Positions 32,210-33,000 of a DNA stretch of 33,000 nucleotides are shown here, piece by piece. The translations under genes and the position numbers were made by a program. A model generated the notes under the pieces. It saw nothing but the letters and a program-made list of their open reading frames with translations, searched no databases and had not been told where the DNA came from. Origin of the DNA: Dicyema japonicum (lineage: Eukaryota; Animalia; Dicyemida); assembly GCA_011109175.1 (NCBI GenBank), contig RDEW01000002.1, forward strand, positions 872,676 through 905,675, given 5' to 3'. Within the stretch, counting starts at the first letter, position 1. Each line of letters opens with the position of its first letter.

Positions 32210-32400
32210 TATATAATTGGAATCTCCTTCTACTCCAACAACACCAACTCCAACGACCTCTCAATACAATTCCTTAACTAACGACTAATACATTTACTTT
32301 TGGATTTTGGGAAAGTTTCGTTAATCACAATACAATATAATTTTCTAGTAGAATATCGTGTCTGAAAAATTAATCTTTTTTAAGCAAAAAAACAATTTAA

Positions 32401-32742
32401 TTAGGAAAAAGGTGAGCATATGGTCATATAGCGGCCGTCCGAGTGCGTGGCTGTTTCTCTCAGGATGGCGTGCGAGATTCGCTCAAATAACCAGAAGCGC
32501 TCATAGAAGTCTCCTGATAGTGTAGAAATCCGATTATCTAGACGACTCAAGAATTCCAGATGTCTCAACGGAACGAACAAATAATCATTTAGTAGGACCG
32601 TGTACTTTTCCCGTTTAAACCTCTCGGCCTTCTCATCAGCAGAACAAGCACTCTGAAGTAGGTTGCAAGGGGCAAATGTGTCGTGTAGGTGACTTCCCAG
32701 ACAACTGGCTTCTTGCTTCAAAATGGAAGATTGACATTCCTT
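32401..32742 (-). mobile_element. Shorter duplicate of the CRE-like fragment
   Basis: Near-identical to 29660-30012 with small deletions. Confidence 0.85.
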
Positions 32743-33000
32743 CTGGCATTCAGCAAGTATATTATACTTTGTGATTTTTTTAATGAATGCTCAATATTTT
32801 TTGTCGTAATCAGACCTAGTTTTTCAAAAAAAGTCGTCAATTATTGCTCCCATGTGTAATCCTCGAACCGGACGTTGAATATGCGTTCCACTGTCGAACG
32901 GAAGATTAATTTGTGTACAGTAAAACTCCTATTAACCGCCAACTTTTATAAAAACAATTCATTAAAATTTATTTAAATACATCAGTCCTTACCACCAAAT

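Larger units (their letters stand above)
30573..32742 (+). repeat. Segmental duplication copy B (empty-site version)
   Basis: Collinear with copy A; lacks the R4-like insertion; ends inside the CRE-like fragment. Confidence 0.95.

Overview
AT-rich eukaryotic (animal) genomic DNA with tiny spliceosomal introns (21-25 nt GT-AG introns repeatedly restore open frames). This suggests a miniaturised parasite genome such as a myxozoan or dicyemid (inference only). Roughly 40% of the window is non-LTR retrotransposon sequence from several clades: RTE-like, Vingi/Ingi-like (with 2A StopGo peptides), R4/Dong-like (RT + restriction-like endonuclease), CRE-like and CR1/Jockey-type fragments. Host genes read by hand: an intronless Bcl-2-family gene with a 1-nt frameshift, two LAMP-domain-like genes, an unprocessed GPATCH1 pseudogene, a probable CDC48-family AAA pseudogene, an unknown secreted-protein gene, and two secreted C-type-lectin-like genes in a ~2.2 kb segmental duplication. 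The main signal is that the two lectin paralogs are only ~58% identical in protein, while their introns, synonymous sites and flanks are almost unchanged. All alignments and counts were done by eye; boundaries marked ~ are approximate.
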